A stretch of DNA of 62,947 bases, filler included, from Diploschistes diacapsis (GCA_023645945.1; 22 parts of 22 records of this genome joined end to end with filler, not necessarily neighbours in it), one strand, 5' to 3'; positions 36,436 to 50,739 are shown, counted from the first letter of the whole stretch. The notes: generated from the sequence alone by a model not told the origin. Translations and numbers: made by a program.

Positions 36436-38877
36436 TTAACTGGTCGATGGAGTGAAATAGGGTGCCAGCCGGCAGAAAACATTTTGTACTGGGCTGTCAT
36501 ACATAGTCAACGGTGATGCTAGGCCTTGGAGCCTTCGGAGATCATGGGTTTGACTGCTCATTTGAGGAAATATCGAAAGAGCTGAATGTGAATGAAGACT
36601 CCCTGCAGTGGTTGAAGTAGCTTGAACGAATTGAAAGATTCTTCAACAGACCTACAAGCTTGATTCCGTTTTCTTCCCATCATGCGGCAGTGTAATTAGT
36701 TTTGTCTTGCGCGATCTCGTATGCTCTATGTGACTACTACCAAGCCTGCTAAATACAACAGAAGAAGAAAATTTCTCCGTCCAAAGACCAGCACAAGCAA
36801 GGAATGCTCAAGTCGATGGGGGTGAATAGAAGCCATCTAGCCAGTTCTGTATCAAATAGAAGATAAGCAACCTACAAAAAAGGAAAGTGGGTCATCCTCC
36901 GCTTTTTCTAGTGCCTGTAGGATTAACAAGAAGCAGATTTCTAGCAATACAACATGGTGGAAGTTCTCAGATGCTAGGCTCCTATTGTGAGCATCATTCA
37001 CCCGGAACGGACGCAAATCTCTGTCTTGCATTGCGACCTTTGAGCCTCGGGTAAGGATATCTCAGAGTATGATAGCCCAACACGAAACAAAGATACAACT
37101 TCTATTTGATGGCATACATACTCCAAAGCATCTTGTCAAAATTCTAGTCACCAGAAGAGCTATTCCAAGGACCTCTCCAACTTCGCTTTCACTTTGGATT
37201 CCAATGAACCCTGAACTTGGTCGCCACGGGAAACCAGGAGCACTGCTACAAGGCGTGGAACTCACGAGCCCGAGCTCGGCCAAGACAAGGTGGGTTGGAT
37301 GCAGTGGGAAGGCATAGTCGTTTGCATGAAAAAACGTGGTAACAAGCAATGTTGATTGTGGTGATGGAGACAAACAAAGCAGGCCAGTGGGCGTCCAACT
37401 GCATGGGTTTTCTTGGGGGACATATTTCACTCTTACGACCGTTTCCACTAATGCGATTCCCGTCCTCAGTCTTCTCCCATGCTAAAACGTCTGATGCATT
37501 CTTGAATCTTCTGTTTTCCAGCTAATGGTGTTGTGTCTCCTCAGGATCCACTATCGCATACACGTAGAACAATCCATACCGGTATCGTGTCATATGTGAA
37601 CATTAGGAATAATGCTTTCTTCACACACTGCTTTCTTGTTTGTTTGTACAAGATCGATCTGATTCGTGCCTCCTGATTGCACGCACTAGCTTCTGGATCA
37701 CTTCACTTAAGGTCCTTGTCCTTCCGTTCAGAACTTTCAAGCAAAATACAACATGCACTTAATCACCATGAAAGCAGTCTTGTAGGCTCTCTTCTTCTTG
37801 CTTAATGTCTTACTACTTTTGTATCGTGTCATTCTGACGCCCTTCGGTGTTAATATGTTCGACCATCACGATGGTGTAGCATGTGAGACCAGCACTATGA
37901 ATGCAACAGGGACAACAATTTCAGGCTTGAGCAAGAGGGAATCCTCCCATAGGTTGTCACGTCGGGAACCTCGGGATTATAGAGATGTATGTCAGTCTTG
38001 CACACAATCAATAACGACAAGCTCAAGCCTCTTACTAACCATTAGTCTTATCCGATAGTGTGTCATCAATGGCATCTGTGCGATGGGCCAGCTGAAGTCC
38101 GGGGACGAGCCGCCGAGCATCTGGACCGCATACGCCGACCTCGAAGGGAGTGGATGGCAGGAGCAAAACACAGAGCACGAACTCTTTCCCAGGCTTCTAA
38201 ACCTTCTTGAAACCGAAGGCTGGCACGAAAGCGACTTCACCTGCGTCCACTGGACGGTCAGACCCCCTATTCCTCCATCNNNNNNNNNNNNNNNNNNNNN
38301 NNNNNNNNNNNNNNNNNNNNNNNTTAATTAATTAANNNNNNNNNNNNNNNNNNNNNNNNNNNNNNNNNNNNNNNNNNNNGGGCGGTCGGGGCGCCTGTAG
38401 TATTGTTATCGTGCTACTAGTACATTGTGGACCAGTATTTTTATGTACGAGGGGGTGGGGGAAATTTTTTAAAAAAAACATTGAAGTGTTCTTTTTTCAT
38501 CTCTCTGTTGAAGGGGGTAATGCTGCACAAAGCAATGTTCCCCCCTGAATCTCGTGTGATAAAACCTCAGCTGTTACACTTTGTTCATCCGGAATACCTA
38601 AGAACATTTGTATCCCCGCGTTATGTCCAAAGCCATCTGCAATTTCTGGGAACGAAAAGCCACAACTTGAAATTTAAACAGTTTTGTACCATTTTACGCT
38701 AATTTCGCCTATTTTATACGTTATAAACATCCTCTGCTGCCAGAATTCTTTCTGCTAGTAACTTAACTGAGCACCTTTTTCGCATTCGGCAGCGCATTCA
38801 GACCTTTCGATTATAATCCAGGTCTGAACCACCTACGCCAGCACCTCCAGCACCCGGGCGCAGTTATTCTGACGGAA

Positions 38878-38940
38878 ATTTTTTTTTTTTACCCCTTTAA
38901 GCTTAATAGGGTAGGTGGCTCTCGCGCACCCGCGGTATCT
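38878..38940 (-). mobile_element. Possible 3' tail of a non-LTR retroelement
   Basis: The minus strand ends in a hairpin (CCCTATTAAGCTTAAAGGG) followed by poly(A), next to RIP-like AT-rich DNA. Confidence 0.35.
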
Positions 38941-40483
38941 TAAAATGTATATAAATCATATAAAATTATAAATATTCTTAATTTTTTTATTATATAATTT
39001 CAATTATTTAAAAAATAAAGCTATTTATAACTTTATTTTATTAATAAATATATAAATAAACGCGATATAATCCCGTAAATCTTTTTAATCCTTTTTTATC
39101 GTTCTAACGCTCGTTTCTGTTGTTAATTTTTTTTCGTACGTCGATAGTTTCGTTTAATTATTATCGATAACGAATTCCTTTTAATCGGCCCCCGCGTTCC
39201 TTCTTTTCGTATCCGGATGCGTTTTAAGGTAAACGGCGTCGGCGTTACGGATATCGTAACGAAAGAGTTATTTATCGCCGACGGTCTCGATAACGATATA
39301 GAAATCGAGATCGTCGACGTCGCGAAATTATCGGGCGATATCGACGATCGAGAAATTTAAAAAGATTTATCGAACCGCGAGATTTATAAAGATATTCAAG
39401 ATTTTAATGCGATCGGTTTTTTTAAAATTATTAACGTAAACGTCGACGTATTTATAAATACGCGATAAAACGATATCGCCGTTAAATATATAAATAATTT
39501 TAATTATTATTTTATATTNNNNNNNNNNNNNNNNNNNNNNNNNNNNNNNNNNNNNNNNNNNNTTAATTAATTAANNNNNNNNNNNNNNNNNNNNNNNNNN
39601 NNNNNNNNNNNNNNNNNNTTTATATTTATATACGACCTTCTTTTTAATATTTCGCTGTTCTATAGCGAACTTCACACCAGCTTTTACGGCAGGAAATCGC
39701 AAGCTTACTATCTTTATATCTTAATATAGTTCCGTACCTTTCCGATAACTTAAATACCCAAAAGATCATTATCTTTAATATTCTTATTCCGATATAACCG
39801 CGTTTCTGGACCTATTTCCACAGTATTTCATTTCCTTAAAAACAATTAGACAAAAAGGCGATGACTATTTAAAGATATTCTTAACTTTTATAATATTTAT
39901 ATTATCTATGAATGTTCATTTAGACAGTTATAACCGGTAGCACGTCCTTTCCTTTCTTTTCTTCTATCTCCTTCTTCGTTACATTACGCCTCTCGAGCAG
40001 GCAATAGTAAGTAAGCAAGCAGGACAACAGGCAAGCAGATTAATATATAAATAACAAATAAATAAAAAGCATCAAGCAGAAAGGTTGATCATATAAAAAA
40101 TCTACAAGTAAGAAAACAACAAGCAAATAGGTACAAAACAAGCTTATTAAGAAACCAATAGATAATCGAATAGCTATATAAACACGTAAACTGTTCTCTA
40201 TCATGAATCCTTAAAGTTTTATAATATTAACGCCTATTTTCAACACTTTATCCCCGAAGTAACTTTACTCTTAAATATATTCTACCATACGTCCTTAATC
40301 ATGTTATCCATCCCTTTCCGTTCTCTTCTTCCTCATCCTTCCTAAATTTTATCTCCTTTAGGCTAAAATCTAGATCATTATCCTCCTTCTCGTCCTCCTC
40401 TTCCTTATCCCTTTCTTTTTTCTCGTCAGAAGGAAGCGTAAACCTTCCTACTTCTTAATAATTTATTTCTTCTTTTTTTATTA

Positions 40484-40695
40484 ACGTGTTTGACGGTGAG
40501 TCCGGCCACCCCCAGAGTCCGGCCACCTTAAATCACTGTTTTCATCTTATATTCGATTTTTCTCAATAATAATTACCTCGTATCGCAATAATTCGATTTT
40601 AATAGAATTTAATATCAACGACTATTTATAGGCTTTAAAATTATAATAATATATCAGCATTCGAGAAGCTGCCCGCGTATTTAAAGTATCTCGAT
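40484..40695 (+). mobile_element. pogo/Fot1 element left end (TIR plus HTH start), interrupted by an LTR-like start at 40696
   Basis: TA|ACGTGTTTGACGGTGAGTCCGGCCACC with an internal direct repeat, then SIREAARVFKVSR (HTH_psq-like). Confidence 0.75.
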
Positions 40696-42411
40696 TGAGA
40701 CAGCCCAGCCCAGGGGCCTGCCAAGCCACGGCAGGGTTAGTGCCCAGGGGCCTGCCANNNNNNNNNNNNNNNNNNNNNNNNNNNNNNNNNNNNNNNNNNN
40801 NTTAATTAATTAANNNNNNNNNNNNNNNNNNNNNNNNNNNNNNNNNNNNNNNNNNNNGATTAATAGACACGAAATATAGGTACGAAACGGATATATTAAA
40901 ACCTAATTAGAAACTAAGATCCGGAAACGATCAAAAAAACGTAATAATAGGTTCTATTACGGATTCTACTAAAAGCGTCATAACAGTCGGAAAAAGACTA
41001 AAAGAATCAAAATTAAACATAAATAAAAAAATAATCAATATATATCGCTTACGAGATCTACCACGGCGTTAAAAACGGATAACAGGCTTCCTCTTTATCG
41101 TCTACACGAGTTTATTTATAAGCGTATCGCCTTTAATCGAGAATATCGTTAAAGACGTATTAAAGGCTTATTCGGACGTATTAAAGATATATTCTATTAT
41201 TTTAATTAAGAAGATATAAGGGGCGAAACACCGGTAATAACGAGAAATAAAAGTTAAAGACGAACGAGGAGCAAGAACGAGCGACGATATTAATTAATTA
41301 ATAAGATCTATAATATGAATTAAAAGAATCAAGATTAAAAAGATGAAAAAATAAGGTATAAAAGTGTCACGAATAAGATAAAAACATTATAATAAAGCTA
41401 ATATCCGAATAAAAATATTATTAATTTAATAAACACCTAATTTATAAATAAACAGTATCGATATTAAAATTCATTTATATTATAATTAATTATTAACGAA
41501 CCTTAAAATATATATATAAAAACGAGAATAAGATATCAACACGTAACTTACGCGGGAAGCGCGGATTTAACGTACTAATTAAACTGGACCTATATAACAT
41601 CACGAAAAGTTTTTAGCGGCGAAACACCGCGAAAATCCGCGAGGTTAGCGAAACTGACGAAACCGGCGAAACCGGCGACAAATAATGCGTTCAAGCGACT
41701 TGCCGTGTTTCGCCAAAAGGTTTGGCGAAACGTGACGAAACTGGCGAAACTAGCAAAACTAGCGAAGATAGCGAGGCTAATCATTTTTTACTAATATATT
41801 ACGTAAGCAAAAAAAATTAATAATTAACGTATATCCATAACGAACGAACATTTATAACGAGCGGACATCCTTCTCGATTCGTACGAATTACAATTATATT
41901 TACGCAAACAATTCTTACGATAATTCACTATATTAATTATTAATATCTTCTTTAAAAGTTATAGATTCTATTTCGTAAATTCGCGTATTATACCNNNNNN
42001 NNNNNNNNNNNNNNNNNNNNNNNNNNNNNNNNNNNNNNTTAATTAATTAANNNNNNNNNNNNNNNNNNNNNNNNNNNNNNNNNNNNNNNNNNNNGGCCTA
42101 AATATTAAATCTAATCTGCCGTTGTTGCTTTAAGATATATTTCTTTTTAAATTCTCGTTCTAATTCCTCGATATTTATCGGCTATTCGTAGTTTTCTAAG
42201 ATCTAACGTACGGCCTCGTCGTAAAATTATAAACCTAAAACTTTGTTTTTATTTTTTAAATAAAATCGAAGTTTTATTGTTTTTTAGATTATTATATCGG
42301 GCCTATTTTCTTTACTTAAAAATAACATAAGCAATTCTAAATCTCATAAGACCGAAAGAAAGCTATTTTTTAAATCGATTCTATTCAGATATTTAAGCTC
42401 AGTCGTAGATC

Positions 42412-43231
42412 TGTCGTCACAACTCTACTATCAGTTCAGTTCAGAAAATCTAATCAGAACTATTAACTACTCCGGCAAAAAGCGTGTACAAGACAGCAAG
42501 ATCAGACAGCTAGTTAAAAAAATAAACGAAATGCTTAAACACCAGATCCCGATGCTATCTGATTATACAAAAAAAAACAACAAAATTTCAAAAGCAAAGT
42601 GCAGTGAAAAGCTGGAAGGTAAAGAAAAAGCAAATTTTCCGAAGTCCAAGCTTCAGAAGCAAGATCTGGTCCAACAAATAGAACTAAGTAAAGAACCAAA
42701 CTCTACTAATACTAATACAACATTAAGACAAGAGGGATCAAACCATGCTCGTTACTACCAATTTACTAAGCAAATCATCTATAAAATCAAATATAAGAAA
42801 TATGTAGATTCGTAGCTAATCTAGAACAAAATCTACTTATATACAGTAGATGCCAAGCGCCATCGTCATAGATGATGCCTAGACAGCGAGGTCGGCAACA
42901 CCTGCCCCAGCAGCAACCCACAAGCAAGCCCAGCAACTACCACAATTTTAGCCGAATATATATAACGACTGAAGATGAAGAAGTGCGAATTTCAAAGAAA
43001 ATTTATATTCGGAATCGTAACGGATCGTAACGTTTAATAAATTATTAAACGTACGATTCCGTTGATAATCCGGATCTATAAATATGTTAAACAATTTATT
43101 TTTATTAGTATCGAGATAATAAAATACGACGTTATTTTAAAAAATTTATGATTAAATATTTATAATTTAATAATTAATTTTAAAATACGGATTTTTAAAT
43201 TAAACGGATGTGTATATATTAACATATCCCG
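42412..43231 (+). mobile_element. Ty3/gypsy gag-protease remnant
   Basis: A gag-like charged ORF (42531-42815) is followed by a RIP-degraded protease-like segment YDVILKNL*LNIYNLIINF (compare YDVILGMPWL..HNP.IDW). Confidence 0.45.
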
Positions 43232-43379
43232 NNNNNNNNNNNNNNNNNNNNNNNNNNNNNNNNNNNNNNNNNNNNTTAATTAATTAANNNNNNNNNNNNN
43301 NNNNNNNNNNNNNNNNNNNNNNNNNNNNNNNCCCTTTACTCATATCCCCCAAGCTAACCACCCGCCTCCCACCCCTCAG

Positions 43380-43816
43380 GCGGCAACTGGACCGCAAACT
43401 GCATAACCGAGTTCCCCATGTTCACCATCTGCTGGGTGCCGTTGATCCCCATGGCGCTGCACAAATACAAGCTCGTCGCTTGCCCCGTGTGCAACTACAA
43501 GCAGGATCTTGTGTACGTGTCTCCCTACCCTTTGGTCCCTTGTGTCTGTCTACTCGCGATGCGCTCGGGTGTAGTGGGTTGGGAACGGGATGCCTGGGGG
43601 CGGAATGGGTTGGAAAATTGAGGATATGGGCGGGACAACGATAGGCCATAGGCTGATAGATACTACAGGACGAGACCGGACGTACAGAGCATGGGGCACG
43701 GTGGTGGAGGCGGAGGTGGCGGTGGAGGCTTCATGCCACCGCAGCAGGGTCAACCGCCGCCTGGAGGACCGGGACCGGGAGGGCCGCCGCCGCATGGGTA
43801 TTATGGGGGTAAATGA
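43380..43816 (+). CDS. Small zinc-ribbon protein, last two exons
   Basis: Exon 43380-43512 (C)GNWTANCITEFPMFTICWVPLIP..VACPVCNYKQDL, intron 43513-43668, then a Gly/Pro-rich tail to TGA. Confidence 0.75.
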
Positions 43817-46064
43817 TGAGCAGAACTGTGCGATAAGCTGCATGACGAGAGGCGATGCAGAGGCAATCAGGCACCGTGGATCAATCTGTTAGTGAGGAAC
43901 GAATAGGTGGGTGACAAGCTTCAAGACACTTACGGGGCGTGCCACGCACAGGCAATGCCCCAGAAACGAGGAGGATCTGAAGGGGAATGAGGGAGCTTTT
44001 GGCTGCTAGAGGAAAGCTGGGGTTTGAATACGTATCACAGACTGGAGCGAGGACACGCTTCTCCACAACCGGAGTGTATTGAAGAAAGAAGCGCCTTTGG
44101 CTTTCACACCGATGTATTTTTTGGAAGGCTGGGCCGAAACAAGAGGTCTGTCTGACAAGCTTCTCTGTTTTACATGCAAATGTATTCGTATGAGAGGCAT
44201 TTTCGTGGCTTCTACTGCCAATCTCAATGTCACGTTTTATCTTCCATGGCCCTAGCGCGCTCGTGGAGAGCTGAAGCCTGAACCAAGAGCAAATTGCAAG
44301 CCAGAAGCACTGCCCGCCAACTTCATGCCCCCTGTGCACGTCCTTTGGAGCACGGCCATTGGCCGAATAGGCTCCACTCATCCGCCGAGCAAGATTGCTA
44401 AGCGCCAGGATCTTCTATCCGAACCGATCCCCGCACCCACCACCGCACCCTACCGCCTTCCCTCACTGNNNNNNNNNNNNNNNNNNNNNNNNNNNNNNNN
44501 NNNNNNNNNNNNTTAATTAATTAANNNNNNNNNNNNNNNNNNNNNNNNNNNNNNNNNNNNNNNNNNNNGATTTAGATAGACGGGAGAGTTTATTTGCGGG
44601 TTCAGTTTTACGTTAATCTGGTTATAAATTATTTATCAAGAAAATATTGTTAATATATTATTAGATTTGATAGATTGTATAATTGTCGAATTGATTTATT
44701 TTTATTATATATTAATCTTGTTATGTATTTAGATAATGTAGGCTTATATTAATAATAAGTAAGAAGTAATGGCATTTAGGTCGAAAGAATCATTCCTTAG
44801 ATTATATAATGCGGTTTAAAAAGATAATTCAGGAAGTTTTTATTTATAACGGAATGATAGATTTAATATTTAATTATGCTCGCAGTCTAGTGGAAGAAAC
44901 GATAATTTAAGATATATGATAAACAACGTGGGGTGTTTAATGTAAAAGGTTTGGATTAGAATATAGATGGATTTCTATGTATTGAAAGAATAAGAAGATG
45001 AATTGTCCAATATTATCGTTTATAATGAAGATGATTGATAGATTCGGGCGAGGAATACGAGTTACCGTTTATAATATATATAATTAATTAAAGGATGTAT
45101 CTCGATATATTATCGTTTATAATTAATTTAATTGGCTTTACGATTGAGAACGTCGAATTATCGCGATTTTTAACTTATAATACACGCGCATAACCTAAAC
45201 TCGTTGTAAAAGATATGCAAAGTTAATTAAATGAAAATACGCATAATGCGTTTGCTCTAGATACCACTTTTATGGGGTTTATTGATTGATTGCATGTATA
45301 AACTGAATGCGCATTTGCGCGCTGATATGGGTTCCGCAATCTTGAAAAATTCTAAGTCCTTCACTTTCTGACCTAAACCTAACCCATCTCCCACCAAGGA
45401 TTAGAAGAGCGGTGTTTATTTAAAGATATCCTTATTTCCGATTGTATTTATATCATCCGTAAATACTCCGCCCGACAGGTATAATTAATAGCACGTCCTA
45501 CAGCTTTCTTCTTTTTCCTTTATTTTCTTTCTTTTCGTCACGATTAGTAAGAATTCAATTATAGATAAGTATGCAGAAAGGTAGGTAAGTAAATAAATCA
45601 TATAAAAAAACAAATAAGTAAATCAAGCGGAAAAGCAAGAATGCTATAAAATTAGCAAATAAAATAAATAACCGCGTAAGTAACAAACAGTTCCCTATTA
45701 TAGNNNNNNNNNNNNNNNNNNNNNNNNNNNNNNNNNNNNNNNNNNNNTTAATTAATTAANNNNNNNNNNNNNNNNNNNNNNNNNNNNNNNNNNNNNNNNN
45801 NNNCTTTAATTATTTTAGATTTAATTGAATATTGGTTTAATTATTATTATTGATTATAAATATTTAATTTAAGGATATATTAGGATTTTCGAATCAATTC
45901 GTACGGTAAGTCTTGCCGGCGAAGATGTTTATAAATAAAAAATTTAGCCGTACGAGCTTATTAATTTAATCATTATAATTTATTCTCGATTATTAAATTA
46001 CTTAAATCTCGAACGAAATTTTTTTAAATTATTCCGATAACTTTTATCGTAATAATTATATTTA

Positions 46065-46288
46065 ACGTGTTTGACGGTCAGCTCGGCCACCCCCAAAGAT
46101 CGGCCACCTCACATTGCGATATTCATCATTCTTTCGGTTTTTTTCGATAATGACCGCTTCGTATCGAAATAATTCGATATTATTAGAATCGGATATTAAC
46201 GACTGTTTATAGATTTTAAATTTTTAATAATATATTAGTATTCGAGCGGCCGCCTGCGTATTTAAAGTTTCTCGATCGACCGTTATAG
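46065..46288 (+). mobile_element. pogo/Fot1 element left end, interrupted by an LTR
   Basis: Same TIR family as 40484 (TA|ACGTGTTTGACGGTCAGCTCGGCCACC) with the HTH start. Confidence 0.75.
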
Positions 46289-46938
46289 TGTAAACATAAA
46301 AGTAGGCTGTTGACTTGGTGTGGGTGGTCGCCTCGGGACAGCTTCATTTAAGGAGGCCTGCTAGGTAGCTCTAGACAATTCATGCATCCTACACTTCACC
46401 AATTCTCTACCTAACTATGCTCTTAACGACTAGATCATACTATCATTCTCTAATACACTACCTACGACCATTTATCTATTACAGTAAGGGAAGTCTCCCT
46501 AGACAGCGCGCCTTGTATTTATAATGGGGCTAACCTGAAGACTTGTTTAAGGACCCTTCCACATCTTACGAAGGGTAAGGAGAAGGTTACGATATAAAAA
46601 TTTCCAAATATAATAAAAAGATATTGTTTATAAAAGCATTAAAAGAGAAATAAAAAGGATGTTTAATTATTTCTAAAAGAACCGCCGGCATTAAAGGAAT
46701 AAAAGAATAAAAATTATTTACGATGCATTCGGAAGGTTAGGTTATAAACCGATGGAATGTTAAGAAAGAAATAGAAATTAAAAATTATCGATATTAAAAA
46801 TGACAGGTATTATTAACACGGGTTACTCGATACCGAATAAAAATTAAATTAATTAATTAGAAGTACGCGAATACGAACGTTAAAAAAAAGAGATCGAATA
46901 CGAGATTAAATACGAGATTTAAAAAAGAATAACGAAAA
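46289..46938 (+). mobile_element. LTR retrotransposon 5' end (195-bp LTR, 46289-46483, plus degraded internal region)
   Basis: TGTAA...TTACA inverted ends, followed by AT-rich degraded sequence that is not the pogo continuation. Confidence 0.6.
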
Positions 46939-47337
46939 NNNNNNNNNNNNNNNNNNNNNNNNNNNNNNNNNNNNNNNNNNNNTTAATTAATTAANNNNNN
47001 NNNNNNNNNNNNNNNNNNNNNNNNNNNNNNNNNNNNNNTAAATTAAAATATCCGAAAAACGAAGATAACTATTAAATATCGTAAATTTATCGTACGTTAA
47101 ATAAAGCGTTATTTATTTAAAAAAAAGTTAATAACAAATTTATCTATTTATTCCGCGAGCATTCGTAAAAGATATTATAAGACGAGAACCTGTCGATATT
47201 TTATCTATAAAAAAACCATTCGATTTAATACGTACCTTATATAACTTATAGCGGACGGTTTTATTAAAAAAATATTTTCTTTATCGCAACGCATCCGTAT
47301 TAATATCGCAGCTAAAACGGTATAATATTATGATAAT

Positions 47338-48085
47338 TGTAACAAGGACAAGGCTTGGTGGATGAATTATTGATAGAGGAGGATGGGCCCTTCCAAATGA
47401 CTATAGCCTCTTAGCCCAAGCAACGCCAAGCCTATAATCCTATCAGGACCACATACCGGTCCCGTAACAGTACCCCCTTCTCAAAAAGCCATTACCCTAA
47501 TAACCTCTATATCCTTACTTTCTAAAAGTATATCTATAATTATAGACAATCTAAAAAGTAACTCGATAATAACTTTCAAGCCATCGCGCGACACTTACAA
47601 TTCCGAAAACACTAAAAACCCATATAAACTTTTAATAACAAAAATCTAAAAGCCAACGTTCAAAACATACCTAATAAGTTCTTTATAACAATCCCCGAAA
47701 CTATTTTATATCCCAACTTTATATTAATTAGCTTTAAAGCCGCCTATTACCTTCAAATATAGGCTCCTATCTATCTAACATCTTAAAATCCTATCTTCCA
47801 TCTTCCTATAATAATTCCTTTATAAAACCTTTAGATCCTCCTTAAATAGTTACCTACTATAAAACCTGTTACTATTCATACCTCTACATACGCTCGTAGA
47901 TATCGATAAGCTCTATAACATACCCCAGCTCTTTAATATTAATCCACATATCATCCTCAAATAAATATCCCAGTTATCTAATTAAATATTTCATAATATA
48001 AACTCTACCTCTTTTATACCTCTTCTTTACTAATAACTTCTCGATCTCGAAATATCCCTCTTACTTATCCACTATAATAGATTAA
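47338..48085 (-). mobile_element. Chromovirus (Ty3/gypsy) 3' end: chromodomain, polypurine tract and 132-bp LTR
   Basis: The minus strand reads EGYFEIEKLLVKKRYKRGRVYIMKYLIR*LGYLFEDDMWINIKEL (chromodomain). PPT GAGAAGGGGGTAC abuts TGTTAC...GTTACA (47469-47338). Confidence 0.8.
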
Positions 48086-48272
48086 AATTAAAATAAACGT
48101 CGCTTATACGGATCGTTTCTTTATAAAAAGGTTTCGAGGTGGGCAATCGATACGACTAAATAAAACTTAATANNNNNNNNNNNNNNNNNNNNNNNNNNNN
48201 NNNNNNNNNNNNNNNNTTAATTAATTAANNNNNNNNNNNNNNNNNNNNNNNNNNNNNNNNNNNNNNNNNNNN

Positions 48273-49240
48273 AGAACAGTCACAGATATTAAATTATCTC
48301 TAGAAAGAAAACTCTTTAATAATAAAAATAAACGAATATAGATTAATCCCGAACAATAATTAAAGATATTTATAAAAATAAACACGCCCTAAATTCATAA
48401 AGACCATAACGACGTTCTTATATAACTAACAACTTCTTTAGCAGAATAGATGAGTAGATGAATAGAATTATCGTTTTTCTCTTCTACCTTTAGTAGGGTA
48501 GAATGGTCCCTCAGACCTTCTACTCATCACGTGACCCGTGTCACCCTGATTGGACTATATATAAGGAATGGTTGGGAAGTGTCCGACCAGCTGTTGCGTG
48601 CCAGGCACTACCGACTAGTAACCTGGATCGTAACAAATAATCGAACGAGAAACTTTAAATACGCGGACAACTTCTCGAACGCTAATATATTATTTAAATT
48701 TTAAAACCTATAGACAGTCGTTAATATCCGATTCTATTAATATCGATTTTTTTCGATCCGAGGTGGCCATTGTTAAAAAAAATCGAAAGTAAGAAGAAAA
48801 TAATGATTTGAAGTGGCCGGTTAGGGGGGGTGTGTTATGATCTCTATTTATACAAGATATACACGAGTAAGATCAAGGTGGGTTTGGTCTCTGTTAGAAG
48901 AGGAGTGTGGCAGGAGAAGAAGATAGAGCAGTTATAGGTCTTAGATTATCTCTAAAAAGAAAGTTCTTTAATGATAGAAATAACGAATATAAATTAATCC
49001 CGAATAATAATTAAAGATATTTATAAAAATAAACACGTTTTTTTCCACGAAGGTAAAGTCGTGCTTATATATAATTAATTCGCTCGCCGCTTACCGCAAA
49101 CTTAACGAACGATATTTTTAAAGTTCGCCGTTTATAAAAATAAACGCGACCGTCGAACGATAACGAAAACTCGTTTACCGCTTACGAAAATAAACGCGAA
49201 TAATAAACGTATCACGTGATTCTGGGCGTAAATCCGATAA
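48273..49240 (-). mobile_element. Nest: two LTR-family-A copies flanking a pogo left-end fragment (48636-48832)
   Basis: One LTR end is ..GGATCGTAACA at 48635, followed by pogo HTH/TIR sequence on the minus strand. The second LTR starts TGTTATGATCTCT at 48833. Confidence 0.7.
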
Positions 49241-50739
49241 CGAATCTCGAAGGATTGTTTTATAAAATCGTTTATATCTTTTTTATTTATCGAATCTGAT
49301 TCTGTAGTGGATCATCGTGAGAGCGCATCTATTATAACATAATGTTTTTTTAAAATATGTCGTATTTCGAAATCGAAAAGCTGAATTTACGTAAACTAAT
49401 TATTAANNNNNNNNNNNNNNNNNNNNNNNNNNNNNNNNNNNNNNNNNNNNTTAATTAATTAANNNNNNNNNNNNNNNNNNNNNNNNNNNNNNNNNNNNNN
49501 NNNNNNACTTTACTTATTCTATAAATTTCTTTTCGATTAGCTTTAAAATTTTTCGTAATTTCTATATCCGGGCCTTATATTCCATTAATTAAAAAAAAGC
49601 TTTCGCCTTTTTTTCTCTTTTAATTCTAATCGAGATTCCGTTTAAACGCGCATCTTATTTATAACCTTTTAAGATATCGATACACAATTCTTCCGTTTAA
49701 GACGAGCACATCTTTTATAGCGAGAAGAAATGGAGGGCATAATAATATGAAAATAAAAAACTAAATAATAGAAGTAAAGGAAGTCAGCGGTTTTACTTAC
49801 TCGAAAAATTCGATCAATAAACTTGTAATTACGAAAAATTAAAGAAGATATCGTTGTCCTACGACTTAAACTTCTCTTTTATTTAATATTTATACTTATT
49901 TTTCGGTATTTATCGGGCCGATAAGGTTAAAAGAAAAAAATAATATTACGATTTAAAATATTAAATAATTATTTAACACGTTATAATTAATCGGGCACTT
50001 CCTAAACATTCCTTATATATAATCAACCACGGACGTTAAATTACGTAACTAATAGATATTCAATAATAAATATTTATTAAAGATAAATCTATTTAAATAA
50101 CTATTTATTAATAATAATTCTATCGTAATAGTTTTATTATCGGCAATTAATTATCGTCTTAAACTATATAAAAATACCGCTATAATTTCTTTAAATCACG
50201 TCGTGTTTATTTTCATAAACATCTTTAGCGATTGCTCGAGATCAATCTATATTCGTTACCTTTTATTAACAGATAGTAATCTTTTTAGAGATCAGTACAG
50301 ACCGATAACCAATCTATTTCTTCTCCTTCCTATATTCCTCTTCTATACGAGACCAAACCCACTGTAAAGGGTGGAATACGACAATGTGACAAGATGGCTG
50401 TACGCAGGGCAGATTCATGCTAGGACTAATTACTGAAGAAGAGGAGAGAATAAGCAGGACAAAATCCCCCTTCAAAGACCCGCACGCCAAGACCCTGAGT
50501 GCCGCCTGTCCGACTCTTGGCATACTCCTTATTTAATTTTACAATTATCTCTACCTTTCTTGTTTTAATATTCTAAAGCCACCTTTATAATCCTCTTTTT
50601 ACTTATTAAAATAAATTAGATAATTAACTTAATCTATATNNNNNNNNNNNNNNNNNNNNNNNNNNNNNNNNNNNNNNNNNNNNTTAATTAATTAANNNNN
50701 NNNNNNNNNNNNNNNNNNNNNNNNNNNNNNNNNNNNNNN

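Noticed and set aside
37768..38279. Possible secreted-protein gene at the end of contig 2
   Set aside because: There is an in-frame stop after MKAVL and the contig truncates it; a plausible intron exists but no family could be recognised.
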